Source: Octopus sinensis (taxonomy: Eukaryota). From it: 64,000 nucleotides of DNA. The stretch spans positions 18,724,001-18,788,000 of the forward strand of contig NC_043020.1 of the NCBI RefSeq assembly GCF_006345805.1, written 5' to 3'. Of the stretch, positions 29,564 to 42,867 are shown piece by piece (within the stretch, counting starts at the first letter, position 1; each line of letters starts with the position of its first letter). Both the position numbers and the translations under genes were made by a program. Under the pieces are notes generated by a model. That model made no database searches. It had not been told where the DNA came from and saw nothing but the letters and a program-made list of their open reading frames with translations.

Positions 29564-30367
29564 GGATCTTTTCGGTTTGAACGGTAGTTTTTAACATAAT
29601 TTCTAGGTAACTAAAAAATTTTAAACTTCGTATACTGGTAGAATGTGTTTATAAAACATCTTTTTCTCTTGGCTTTATTGAGAAAATTCTATAGTTTGTA
29701 ACATATTTCATCTTTAATTTCTTGCATTTCGACAATTTCAACCAATCAATGACCGTCTATTAAGGTGAAAACATTCTCTGCCGTATGAATATGCCCCTCG
29801 TTTAAGAAACAGATTGGGTTTATTTACATTTGTGAAGAAAAAAAAGTTACCTTTCCCCCACCCCTAGCCCTAACTATCCCTAACTATCCCTAAATCTAAA
29901 ATAGATTGAAATGCTATAGATCGATACTCGGGTCAAAATTATGGGCGACAATTTCATATGGCACCGCTAGCGTTTTTTCTAGCGGTGTCATATGAAATTG
30001 CCACCTATAATTATGACCCTAGTATCGATCTATTGCATTTCAATCTATTTTAGATTTAGGGTTAGTTAGGTTTAGTAAGGGTTAGTTAGGGTTAGGGGTG
30101 GGGGAAGGGTATCTTTTTTTTCACAAATGTAAATAAACCCAATGTGTTTCTTAAACGAGGGACATATTCATACGGCACAGAATGCTTTTTAACTCAGTGA
30201 GTGGTTGAAATTACAAAAATTGAAGAAATTAAAGACCAAATATGTTTTCTCAATATAACCAAGAGAAAATGATGTTTTATAAACACATTCTACAAGTATA
30301 CGAAGTTTAAAATTTTTTAGTTACCTAGAAATTATGTTAAAAACTGCCGGTCAAACCGAAAAGATCC
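29564..30367. mobile_element. 804-bp palindromic non-autonomous DNA transposon, Merlin-like
   Basis: Arms 29564-29970 and 29979-30367 around an 8-nt spacer; TIR starts GGATCTTTTCGGTTTGA; perfect 8-bp TSD ACGGTAAC (29556-29563, 30368-30375). Confidence 0.85.
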
Positions 30368-30649
30368 ACGGTAACAGCAAGAGTAAATCAGGAACAGCAA
30401 TAACTACACAGAATCTCTACCAACATCGACAACAGCAGTAGTAGCAGCAACAACAGCAGCAACAGCAGCAACAGCAACACAACAGCAGCAGCTAAGACAT
30501 CAGTAGCAGCAACGTCGATGGAAGAGAATAACTCAAAAATCTCCATCCAAGAGATATCTACAACCAGCGCTTCCCCTTTTCCAGCCAAACCTACATGCAA
30601 ACACACACACACACAACACACAACACACACATACACACTTTAGAAACAA

Positions 30650-31010
30650 CCTCCGTACACACAACTTGTATCGACTGTCCTTATGCACCACAAGTTCTGA
30701 CTGTCCACGCTGACACCTGAACTTCTTTGTTGATGGCCCTCATTGATTTTCCGGGATCGCCATCGATCGCCATGTTGCGTAACCGTCGGCTGAACTGCGG
30801 TGTCCTTATATTGTTACAACGTTTAGAATCTGTTTATTTTTGTATTTTTTATCTTCTTTCTTTGATACAGTTGAAACATGTCTGCCAGAGGCTTCCAATT
30901 GCATGCGACTTTGTGACAAAAGATCTTGCAACAATTAGAGAGTTGACAATTCCTAAACTGCTACGTTCCGCAAATATGGCAACATTGGTTGCATGTCTTT
31001 TCCTTTCTTG
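30650..31010 (-). pseudogene. Tc1/mariner (maT/DD37D-like) transposase N-terminal fragment
   Basis: Minus translation KRHATNVAIFAERSSLGIVNSLIVARSFV...IRTPQF...IDGDPGKSMRAINKEVQVSAWTVR / VVHKDSRYK fits the bipartite HTH of maT-like transposases; catalytic domain absent. Confidence 0.7.
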
Positions 31011-31170
31011 TCTTAGTATTTTATCTGGCATGACGAATCTTAACTAAATAAAAGAAATAAACCTTTTAACTGGTTTGAAGAGAGTACTATACTAATAATT
31101 ACATGTCGTCGTGAAATACTGCTCTGTGTGTGTGTATACATATATATATATATATATAATATATATATAT

Positions 31171-31233
<63 letters not shown>

Positions 31234-31234
<1 letters not shown>

Positions 31235-31470
31235 TTACTCTTTTACTCTTTTAGTTGTTTCAGTCATTTGACTGCGGCCATGCTGGAACACTGCCTTTAG
31301 TCGAGCAAATTGACCCCAGGACTTATTCTTTGTAAGCCTAGTAGTTATTCTATCGGTTCTTTTGCCGAACCGCTAAGTTACGGGGACGTAAGAACACCAG
31401 CATCGGTTGTCAAGCGATGTTGGGGAGACAAACATAGACACACAAACGTATACGCACACACACACACACA

Positions 31471-31512
<42 letters not shown>

Positions 31513-31656
31513 TACGACGGGCTTCTTTCAGTTTCCGTTTACCAAATCCACTTACAAGGCTTTGGTCGGCCCGAGGCTACAGTAGAAGACACTTGCCCAA
31601 GGTACCATGTAGTGGCACTGAACGCGGAACCATGTGGTTGGTAAGCAAGCTACTTA
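31234..31656 (-). mobile_element. SINE family A, missing about 25 nt of its 5' end
   Basis: Well preserved; the head abuts a family B copy. Confidence 0.9.
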
Positions 31657-31891
31657 CCTATTTCTTTACTACCTACAAGGGGCTAAACACAGAGGGGTCA
31701 AACAAGGACAGACAAACGGATTAAGTCGATTACATCGACCCCAGTGCGTAACTGGTACTTAATTTATCGACCCCGAAAGGATGAAAGGCAAAGTTGACCT
31801 CAGCGGAATTTGAACTCAGAACGTAACGGCAGACGAAATACGGCTACGCATTTCGCCCGGCGTGCTAACGTTTCTGCCAGCTCGCCGCCTT
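31657..31891 (-). mobile_element. SINE family B (B1 tail), full length
   Basis: Reverse complement AAGGCGGCGAGCTGGCAGAAACGTTAGC...AGTAAAGAAATAGG. Confidence 0.92.
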
Positions 31892-33382
31892 ATTATGGTT
31901 GTTTTGAATTTGCTACGGAAAGTGGTCTACGTTTGTGATGCTGAGTAGGGGTGGTGGGTGGTAGGAATGCGGCCCGAGTGTCAAAGGGGCGGCAGCCCGA
32001 AAAAGTTTGGGAACCACTGTTATAGATGGATGATCGCCCTGAAAAGTGGGTTCAGTGCTGTGTAACTCTTTATCGACTCGGAACAAATTCACACACGAGA
32101 AATTCTCGGTCTGTCGGATCATTTACATGGACATACTGAGTTTTGGAAGTGGTCTTGCTCGGTCACGAGTTCAATTCTTCATTTCTACCATATTTGTGTG
32201 TGCCTGTGTGTGTGAGTGTGTGTGTGAGTGTGTGTATGCATGCATGCGCGTGTGTGTACTTGTGCGTGTGCGCGCGTACATGTGTATGTGTGTGTATGTA
32301 CATATGTATGAGTGTGTGTATGTGTATACAATATGTTACAGCCAAACCGAATTCAATACATTATTGCACTGTCAACTTTTCACCTCTCTCCTCCCCTCCT
32401 TTCCCCATTTCCAAATTCCTTCATCTTCTCCTCCCACCCTCACCCTCCACCTTCCTCTACATACCATCTGTGACAGCAACGGGAAAGAGAACGACGATTT
32501 TAATTTCCAAATTGGATTCAAAATTCCTTTAACCTTAGCTTCCGCCACACCGCCGCCACCAGCACAATCACTATCATCACCAACACCACCATCACAACAC
32601 CGTAACCACTGCCATATATCTGCCACCACCACCACCACCGCTAACAATAACAACAATAACAACAATATCACCCCCCGTACCAATACCACCTCCATTAACA
32701 ACAACACGAAGCACAACTACCTTTACGAACAATACCATTTTCACAGCAACACTACTAAAAGCACAACATCACACCCACAACATCACACCCACAACATCTG
32801 TCTCGCTACGGTCGACGTTTTCAATCATTTTCATGGAATCAATAAAACAAGAACCAATGAAGAACGTTTCGTTTTTTGTATTTGGTTTGCAAGATTCTTA
32901 CCATCAAATGGTATTCTGAGACACATTTTTTTTTGTATCTCAGACAAGTCATTTGACAAATAAACACACGCACTGGTTCAATTTCACTTCTTTATTATTC
33001 GTTAATCGGCTAATTATTTAACCTACTAACTAGTCGATGAAACTGAACCAGAGTGTGTGTTGTATTTCCTATTGGCATAATGACCCACCTGAGATACAAC
33101 AATGAAGAACTAAGATCGATATGACCGATCAATTCTCCCTCCTCATATGTGCAACCTTGTGTTTTTACATTACATTCATATGATTTCTTGACTGCACCCT
33201 CAGGAGGTGTATCAGTGTGTGAGTATCAGTGTGTGAGTATCAGTGTGTATGATTTTGTGTGCGCGTGCACTTGCATTCGACGGTTTTAATTTAACATCTA
33301 CTCTGCTACTGTTTTGTCGGTTTCTTTCGATATTTCTTGTGTTATTTTGCTCAAGGCTTAAAAAATCTTTTATAGTATAGTA

Positions 33383-33800
33383 TAGGCGCAGGAGTGGCTG
33401 TGTGGTAAGTAGCTTGCTTACCAACTACATGATTCCGGGATCAGTCCCACTGCGTGGCACCTTGGGCAAGTGTCTTGTACTATAACCTTGGGCCGACCAA
33501 AACCTTGTAAGTGGATTTAGTAGACGGGAACTGAAAGAAGCCCGTCGTATATATGTATATACATATATATATATTTGTGTGTGTGTATTATATGTTTGTC
33601 TATTATATGTGTGTGTATTATATGTGTGTCTGTGTTTGTCCCCACCCACCCCCAACATTGCTTGACAACAGATGCTGGTGTGTTTACGTCCCCGTAACTT
33701 AGAGGTTCAGCAAGAGAGACTGATAGAATAAGTACTAGGCTTACAAAGAATAAGCCATGAGGCCGATTTCCTCGACTAAACAAAAGAATAAAAGAAAAAA
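33383..33800 (+). mobile_element. SINE family A with 3' tail deletion
   Basis: Head to CTCGACTAAA, then A-rich terminal repeats. Confidence 0.88.
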
Positions 33801-34360
33801 GTATCAGGAGATAGCTGTATATGTTTTGGCAGGACGGAAGTGGTGCCCCGTCTCTTGGTAGACTTTCGAGTCCGAAAAAGGTGATTCCTGTAATTTGCTG
33901 AACAACCCGTACAAATGATTTCTTTATAGTTTTGAAATGTTTTTTACTCTACATAAACGTACTCCCTTCATCAACCATTAAATCATTGCATATACAGGTG
34001 CGCGGTCTAACAAAGGGATCGAAGGGACCGCAGAACAACATGCTCAGTCTGGCCCGAATGGTTGACAATTAAACCTCACATTTGATCACATTGAGCGTCA
34101 TTTTGAGCAAGAGTAATCTCTGAGAGGCACGGCTCAACCTAAATCTTTTCAGTGAAACTAGGAAGTCAGTCAAGTATTTATATACAGGATATACAGGATA
34201 GACATAATAGTTAAGCTGTCAGATCGAATGTTAATCGTTCTGGCTCGGTTTGCTCCGAGTTCGAATCTCATTGAGGTCAATTTTGACTTTCATAACTCCG
34301 CAGTCGATAAATAAAGTATCACTTCTCCGATAAATTTTTCTCTCCCATTATCTCTTTCTT

Positions 34361-34392
<32 letters not shown>

Positions 34393-34570
34393 TTCTTCCC
34401 ACTACTACTCTCACTCCCTTCCCACCCCACGCACCCACCACACTCTCTCCCCTCTCAACAAAAAATGGTTTGCGACAGACCTGTAGATTAAGTGTGCTCT
34501 GGGGCTAGGAAACAATAACATCAACAACAAACAATGCAATATGCGGAGCCAATGACGGATGCATCTAAGT

Positions 34571-34816
34571 CAGTGGTCCTCAGCCGGGGTCTACATGGCC
34601 CTTGGAGATCCACATATTTTGTTGCTAAAATTGATCTGCAATAAATTGGTTATAATTCTACAATACACGAAATTTTTTAATAACTGTTTTCAATTTCTAA
34701 TATTTACTCATAAAAATATAAAAGGATTTTTTAAAACATGAAATGGTTAGGAAGGTCCATCTGAGTAAACTAGAAATCAAGGGGGTCTATGGGTAAAGAA
34801 TGGTTGAGAAACACTG
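34571..34816. mobile_element. hAT-type MITE (246 bp)
   Basis: TIRs CAGTGGTCCTCAGCC / GGTTGAGAAACACTG; 8-bp flanks ATCTAAGT / ATCCAACT (6/8 match). Confidence 0.78.
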
Positions 34817-34825
34817 ATCCAACTG

Positions 34826-35110
34826 CTAGAAATAACAGCCAATTTTTTTTCTGTTGTCTGAAAACGGAAATTTGTTCTGGATATACAATTTGAAGAAGAC
34901 AGAGTGGTCATGAATGGGACGGAGATAAACAACGGTCTTGTTCAGTCAGGAGTGATCGATGGTTAAAACAACAACATCAACATACAAACAACACCTGGTT
35001 AACGTGATCCAGAGATCACTGCACACAGCAGGTCGTAGATGGAATGCATTTGGTCATAGGGATGCTTAATCAAGGCAGACCTAGGGTTAAACAGGAGCAA
35101 TAACAACAAC
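34826..35110 (+). mobile_element. Family 'C' retroposon 3' tails (two decayed copies)
   Basis: CTGCTAGAAATAACAGCCAA...GGTCATG..GG(G)TTAAAACAACAAC motifs shared with 42868-43085 and 43690-43865. Confidence 0.55.
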
Positions 35111-36014
35111 AACATACAACAAACAATAAACAGCAAGCAACTCACTTTAATGCTCCACAACATGCATATACAAAGTATACGACTTGATGTACTAAAGAGC
35201 AGATAAAGTGCACCAACTGCAGCAGTAAGCTGCATGATACATAACATGTAGCACCGATACGAATCGGAATAACAACATGTAATACGCATGCACCAAAAAA
35301 CTATGCACTGAACACAACAAACGAGTCAGCATGCACCAAATAGCATTCATAAAGTGCATCACAGTGCACCAAATTCCACAGCATGTTGCACAAAGCTAAA
35401 TAAATATGCAAGTCAGCTGCCATTGGTAGAGTGATGCAGGCTGTCTGTTTGTCTGTGTTAGCAATATGTTGTCGTCCATATTGATGTTGTTGTTTTTGCT
35501 GCTGCTGCTGCTGTTTGCTGTAGTTGTTTTCATTGTTGTCGTTGTTGTTGTTGTTGTCGTTGTTGTTGTTGTCGTTGTTGTTGTTGCTGCTGTAGTTGTT
35601 TTTGATGTTGTCGTTGCTGTTGAGTTTCCTGTTGTTGTTGCTCCTGCTGCTCACTTCTAAAACTTCCTTAACATATCAATTATACTGCAATAGTGCTCCC
35701 ATATGGTCGTTCAATTTGCTAGAATCGGAATACCAACAAAATCTGCAATTCAACAGAGCTTCTACATATTCGCTCGATCTGCTAGAAATAGTAGCTTCTA
35801 TTATCTTAAAACTTTAAGGTGACATCGATTAATAATGTAATATTTTGAAAAGAATGAGCGAAAATAGACAGGATGGTTATATATGAGAGGCTTTTGATCT
35901 TAGCTCTGCTCAATCTAGCTCGACCGAGGGTTGAACATCAACACTTACTACGAAAAATACCACTACAACGAAAACACATCACTACATACATCATAATTAT
36001 AGCTTCGTTAATAA

Positions 36015-36052
<38 letters not shown>

Positions 36053-36879
36053 TGCTATTGGTACTGGCGAGTCGAGATAAATTCCTTGGGCAATGTTCTG
36101 GAGACAGTATTTAAATAAGACGAGCTGGTCGTGGCTGGATAATCTCTGATCACAGATCTGGTCCATCTGAGTTCATTTGGAAGTAATCTGCAACAGATGA
36201 TGTGGGCCATCTCCAAGACCGAACAACACGACCATTGCCAGTATACCAACGGAGAAGTTTCCAAGTAGTAACATGGCCTACTAGAAACAGCTGCTAAATG
36301 TAAAACTGTCCTTCAAAATGCATACTGCTGTTTAAGTAAAGGAGAACATTAAACAGTGAAGATAAATGCGCGCAAATACATACACAGACACTCTTACATA
36401 TACACATATTTACATACGTACATACATGCATACATACATATACACACACATATATAAATGTTTACAAATTTAACTGATCATGACCAGTTGTAAAGAAGTT
36501 ATGTGCCTCCGGCCATCTGACCCGGACAAGTCGCGTATGAGCGAAACCAATGGCTACTTTCTGACCTGCCATAACATACAACCGTCTAAGTGCATATATA
36601 TAATCCGAAGGCAACCGGTCGCATACAACGGTACCACTGCAGCTTATAGACTGATCTATAATTTATTTTTAATGATCAAGCTAGTTTCGAAGTCGTTGGC
36701 TAATTAAACATTTACAAATACAGCGCTTGGCATTAGAACGGATAAGCTGGGTTTTGCTTGAGGAATGGGTTAACATGCCCGTGTATCTAGCTTTCCTAGC
36801 AGTCCACTTCCTGAGATGGCTTCTAATGACTGAAATTATTTTGCTGTGCAGAACATTGAACATTGGTCTTGCGACTTCT

Positions 36880-37060
36880 GGTTGATTCCAGATGCTGCAT
36901 CTTCGATTCCTCCCTCCGTTTTATCTTTTCTCTCCCTTTTCGTTCCCCATTATTTTCTGTCGAAGACTTAGGCTCGAAACGCCAAAGACTTCTCCATGTT
37001 TCCTGATCGTCAAATAAATACACCTTGCTTCTTGTTCCCTCGCCTGTCTCATTTTTTTTG
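36880..37060 (+). mobile_element. Penelope-like terminal repeat fragment with decayed hammerhead
   Basis: CTGTCGA-AGACTTAGGCTC-GAAAC-GCC-AAAGAC (36957-36989); same family as 50010-50215. Confidence 0.55.
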
Positions 37061-37331
37061 TACATCTGAATCACATATATACATATAGGTATACATGCAT
37101 ACATGTATACATATATGCACGTGTCTAGATATGCAACGATATACATGGAATTCATAAATAAAGCAAAAATATATAAATGTCACAAGCACAGAATCCAAAT
37201 ATTGCACACATGCACATAAACATGCACACATTTTTTTTGATGTTGCTTCAAAATTCAGTGGAAGAGAATTGAATCAAGGTTAGAAACTGTTTTTTTCTCC
37301 TATGGCAAGAGGTCTAGAAATAAAATTAAAC

Positions 37332-37520
37332 ATTGGTTTCAAAGTTTGGCTCAAAGCCAGCAATTTAAGAGGAGGGGATAAGTCGATTACATCCACTCTT
37401 GTGTTCAACAGGAACTTATTCTGTCAACTGAGAGAAAGTCAAGGGCAATGTCACCCTCGGCAGAATTGCCGATAAGCATTTTGCCCGGTGTGGTAACGAT
37501 TCTGCCAGCTCGCCGCCTTA
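37332..37520 (-). mobile_element. SINE family B (B2 tail), diverged
   Basis: ATTGGTTTCAAAGTTTGGC..GCCAGCAATT tail, Nin-like core, CTGCCAGCTCGCCGCCTT head. Confidence 0.78.
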
Positions 37521-37754
37521 TAAGAAGTGAATTGTATGTATACACATGTATATATGTGTGTGTGTGTGTGTGTGTTTGCGCGCGTGTGTGTGTGTATGTG
37601 TGTGTGTGGCTGTATGCACGTCCAACAACATGAGTATATATGCATGTATCTATGTATGTAAACATAATATATATATAGACAAACATCTACATATATGTAC
37701 ATGCATACACACACACACACACATACACATATATATATATGTATATATATATAT

Positions 37755-37787
<33 letters not shown>

Positions 37788-38113
37788 GAGCTTAGATTGC
37801 TACTGGAGTGACTCAGTGACCCAAAGTTCGAGTGTTACATGCCAAAGCTATTATAAAATTTCACACGTACCACTAAACCCTAATGTAATTACTGTAGCGA
37901 ACTCAAATAAGTAAACATTATATACAAAATCACATTGTATGAACTCTGCTATTCTACTTCAGGTACAGAGACCCACATACATATGCGTGTGTGTGTGTGT
38001 ATGTGTGTTCACATATGTATGCACATATGCGTATACATACATATATATATATATGTTTGTTTGTTTGTATTCCACCTGCCTTCGTCTTTTGTTTATTTTC
38101 ATAAAGCTTCCCG

Positions 38114-38222
<109 letters not shown>

Positions 38223-39043
38223 ATGTATGTATGTATACGCATATGTGCATACATACATACATATATATATATAAATATATATAAAACCTTCTCTTTAAGT
38301 ATTAAAACCCGAGTAGGTAAGACTTTGCTTAGCTTAGAAGACAAGCAATCGCCCCGTACTGATAGGTTCATCCTGCCAGAAAAAAGAGTGATTTTAAAGA
38401 GCACCCATCATCCAGGCATTTACCTAAATAGCAGAAGTGAAACTTTTAACCCTTGACCACACGAAAGGAAGTATATCCTATCAAACCTGCGTGCCCCATC
38501 ATGACTATATTCAACAGTCGCCCAACTTCGACCCTCCATCAATACGTCTGGAGTCCGGCAAAGAGTTTGACCAGAACATACACTAACACATCCACAAACA
38601 AACACACACTCCTTAGCACAGCGAACGCCCACTCAATAGACTTCCCTCCCCAATATAAGCTCCCACATATTGTACCCCTACACACACCGCATGCCCCCTG
38701 AAGTTAACCAATACATAAAAGAAAAGAAACACACCAACGAACACAGATTTGTATGCACTCCCCCAACACACACAAAGGCTATACATATAGTAACGCTAAA
38801 CACATTCCATTTCCACAAGGACACACTAAAGGCACACACATCTCCCACAAACTCTTTTCCTGAATATTCTTGCCGACTTGCAACAAAACCACCCCCATAA
38901 ACGATGTTTTGGCACCAAGGGACATAACTGTTAATTCAATCCCCTAATCGATTCGTTTTATAATCTTTTTCACCAACCGGATGTGTTTATTCACCTTCAA
39001 CAATAGAGAGTAGTAGCCATACTTTATTCCTTAACGGTTACCT

Positions 39044-39118
39044 CTGATGAGCGCAGGATTACATAATCGGACTGAGACGTATAGCTCCGTTGAACTGCTA
39101 GTGCGAAACTGATTGGTA
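39044..39118 (+). ncRNA. Hammerhead ribozyme motif (type I topology, intact core)
   Basis: CTGATGA (39044-50), stem II GCGC/GTGC closing a 46-nt insert, GAAAC (39105-09), self-complementary ACTGATTGGT, GTA cleavage triplet. Stem I is poorly paired. Confidence 0.55.
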
Positions 39119-39306
39119 AGATCGGAAATAATAAATATATAAATACTATACACTTCGATTAATACACATACACGCACACAGGCAGGCGCAGGTACACACA
39201 CGCAGTTGGGTGGTAAAACAAAGGCAGTAACTCTCTGCATGGACATTGACCGGGCTCGAGTCCCTATGATTGGAAGAGGAATTCTTACCCATTCAGCTAT
39301 ATATGC

Positions 39307-39347
<41 letters not shown>

Positions 39348-39495
39348 TCCATTAGAACAGAATCACTACGGTAAACACAAACACACACACGCATATATGC
39401 AAAGAAGATATACACTCACAGACAACAAAATAAATTCATTCATTCATTTAAACATTTATGTTCATTCATGAAAGTGTATACATGTCTGTGTGTGA

Positions 39496-39532
<37 letters not shown>

Positions 39533-39536
<4 letters not shown>

Positions 39537-39903
39537 AAAATTAAGGGTAGAAATTGATATTAGTCAATTAAAACCAGTGGTCTAGCATATTAAAAAGAAT
39601 CCGAAGATTAAAATATTTATATATACCAATTAAGGACTGAACACGAAAAGGTGGACAGTCAACATGCTAGATATAGACGTCAAATCGCCATTCTCCACAA
39701 GGATTATGTTCTCAAATAAAAATAAAATTCAGCACGACCTAAAGCAATGGATGAGACAAAAGAAAAATACTAAGTGGAATAATTAGTATTTTTCTTTTGT
39801 CTCATCCATGGTATATATAAATATTTTAATCTTCGGATTCTTTTTAATGTGCTAGACCACTGGTTTTAATTGACTAATATCAATTTCTACCCTTAATTTT
39901 TAA

Positions 39904-39904
<1 letters not shown>
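39533..39904. mobile_element. Foldback element in (TA)n
   Basis: 96-bp near-perfect inverted arms (39533-39628 / 39809-39904) plus a 27-bp perfect internal hairpin (39747-39773 / 39783-39809); (TA)n on both sides. Confidence 0.85.
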
Positions 39905-39946
<42 letters not shown>

Positions 39947-40009
39947 TACATGTAAATTCCAGCTATATATATATGTGTATGGATTATGGATGTATGTATG
40001 TGTGTATGT

Positions 40010-40056
<47 letters not shown>

Positions 40057-40064
40057 GTGTATGT

Positions 40065-40112
<48 letters not shown>

Positions 40113-40508
40113 GTGTATGTGTGTATGTGTGTATGTGTGTGTGTGTGTGGTGTGTGTGTGTATGTATGTATGTGTGTATGTGTGTATGTGTGTATGTGTG
40201 TGTGTGTGTGTGTGTGTATGTGTGTGTGTGTGTACGTGTGTGTGTGTGTGTAGGAATGTATTTATACAAGTGTACGTATGAATGGTTACGTTCTCATCTC
40301 TTGCACGCACGCACATCCATATGAGGAAATATATTTATACGGATAGATATGTGTGTATGTGCATATCTATGTGTGTGTATGTATACAGAGAGAGAGAGAG
40401 AGAGAGATTTGTATGTGTATAAATTTATATATAAGCATACATGTATATAGATACAATTGCGCGTACATGTATATATATATATATATACACATATATATAT
40501 GCGCATAC

Positions 40509-40582
<74 letters not shown>

Positions 40583-41598
40583 ACTGTTTATCTATTGAAA
40601 TGAATGAATGTAAGGTTGTAAGAAAATACACATGCATGCAGCGATAAACGTTTACCCATATACATACATGTTTACACGTATACATACCTGTGTATATAGA
40701 TATACGCACACACACAGGATTATATAAATGCTAATACAAACACTTAGATATACACTTCACAAACCTTCTCACGAATTGACAGAATTCCATACACAACGAA
40801 AAGTTTGTCCATACATACATACATACATACATACATACACACACACACAGATATATATATATATATATATATATACATAGGCATTCATACATACATAGGT
40901 ATATAAACAGGTACGTATACATGCATACACATATACTCACACTTACACACACAAAATCATACACATATATATATATATGTTTATTTACATATATACATAT
41001 ATGCGTACAAAAATGTGTACGTACATATATACATACATACGTGTATACATACACAAACATCATACAGAGGTAGACAATGTAACAGAAACACCAACGCACA
41101 CACATACACACACATACACACACATACACACACATACACACACATACACACACATACACACACACACACATACACACACATACACACACATACACACACA
41201 CACATATACACACACATACACACACATACACACACATACACACACACACACACAACACACACACACACACACACATACAAAAGTACACGTCAGTCTAAGT
41301 TGTTTACAACATCCCAAAGCACACCTACACCCACCCATCGCCCCACTTCTCACACACACATACCCACCCTCCTCACTCTCTCGCTCTCCTTCTCTCCCTC
41401 TCTCTCTCCTCTCCTCTCCTTGCTCTCCGTTCGCCTGCCCTCACTCTCTTCCACCACCACCGCCACCACTGACTCACACGCCCCACCTACACACCTCCTA
41501 TGCTCGACTAAAAGCTTCATGAATCAGCTGGAAACTAACACCGCCGACGCCATTCCCCCCTCCCCCACAACAAACACACTCCGTTATTATCCTGCAGA

Positions 41599-41632
<34 letters not shown>

Positions 41633-41770
41633 GTCATCATCATCATCGTCAACATCGTTGTCGTCGTCGTCATTACCATCATCATTGCTGCTGAGATATC
41701 ATTACCACCAACACCAACACCGCCACCGACACCTTTCCAGGCCTAAGCACTACTACCGCGCAAAATTCAT

Positions 41771-41810
<40 letters not shown>

Positions 41811-41996
41811 GTACGCATGCAAGTCGAGCACGCATACATACATACGCATTGATATTAAATATATGTTATATACACACAGTTTCATATCGCGTGTGTGATT
41901 ATCAACTTTTACACGTAAAAGATCGACGGTGACTTCGAAGTTTTGGTCTGCTCACCTTCGTCAGAGTTTTCTATGGACACGGACACACAGACGTAC

Positions 41997-42034
<38 letters not shown>

Positions 42035-42127
42035 ATATATATACACACACATATATGTATATATATGTATATATATATGTATGTATGTATGTAGTATATA
42101 TATATATATATGTATATAATATATATG

Positions 42128-42164
<37 letters not shown>

Positions 42165-42347
42165 ATGTGCATATACATATATATATTCATATATGTATAA
42201 ATATATGTATATGCATATATTTATGTACGTATATATATATATATATATTTATATGTATATGTATATATTTATGTATACATATATGTATATATATGTGTGC
42301 CTATATATATAAATATGTGTGTGTGTGTGTGTGTGTATGCATATATA

Positions 42348-42404
<57 letters not shown>

Positions 42405-42406
<2 letters not shown>

Positions 42407-42838
42407 CGGTTCGGCAAAATTGACCGACAGAATAAGTAATAGGCTTACAAAGAATAAGTCCTGGGGTCGATTTCTTCGACTAAAGTGGTGCTCCAGTATG
42501 ACCGCAGTGAAATTGACTAAAAGAAGTAAAACGCTAAAAGGATATACGTTTGTGCGTGTGTGCGCAGGCGTGTATGTGTGTATGTATACATACTTGTCTT
42601 AGTCATTAGACTGTGGCCATGCTGGGGCACAACCTTGGTGAAATTTTAGTTGAATGAATTGACACAAGTATTCAATGCTTTTAAAAGCCTGGGACTTATT
42701 CTATCAGTCTCCTTTGCCGAACAGCTAAGTTACAGGGTGGTGGGAGACAAACACGCACTCACACACACACAAATATATATTTATATTTATATATATACGA
42801 CGGGCTTCTTTCAGTTTCCGTCTACCAAATCCACTCAA
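42405..42838. mobile_element. Two family A SINE pieces tail-to-tail
   Basis: + tail 42405-42540 and - copy 42590-42838. Confidence 0.8.
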
Positions 42839-42867
42839 TAAAAATAACAACCAGCCCACAACAGACT

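Noticed and set aside
29850-30110. True telomere or chromosome-fusion site
   Set aside because: Only a few degenerate units, lying symmetrically within a TSD-flanked transposon.
30869-31047. Strong-looking + strand splice acceptor (TTCTTTCTTTGATACAG) and ORF 30727-31047
   Set aside because: The minus strand is better explained as a maT-like transposase relic; the + ORF has no recognisable content.
32046-32963. 305-aa ORF
   Set aside because: Mosaic of TG, CT and trinucleotide low-complexity tracts; no domain.
39545-39575. GAAATTGATATTAGTC in the foldback arm resembling a hammerhead 3' half
   Set aside because: No CUGANGA partner in the required position on either strand.
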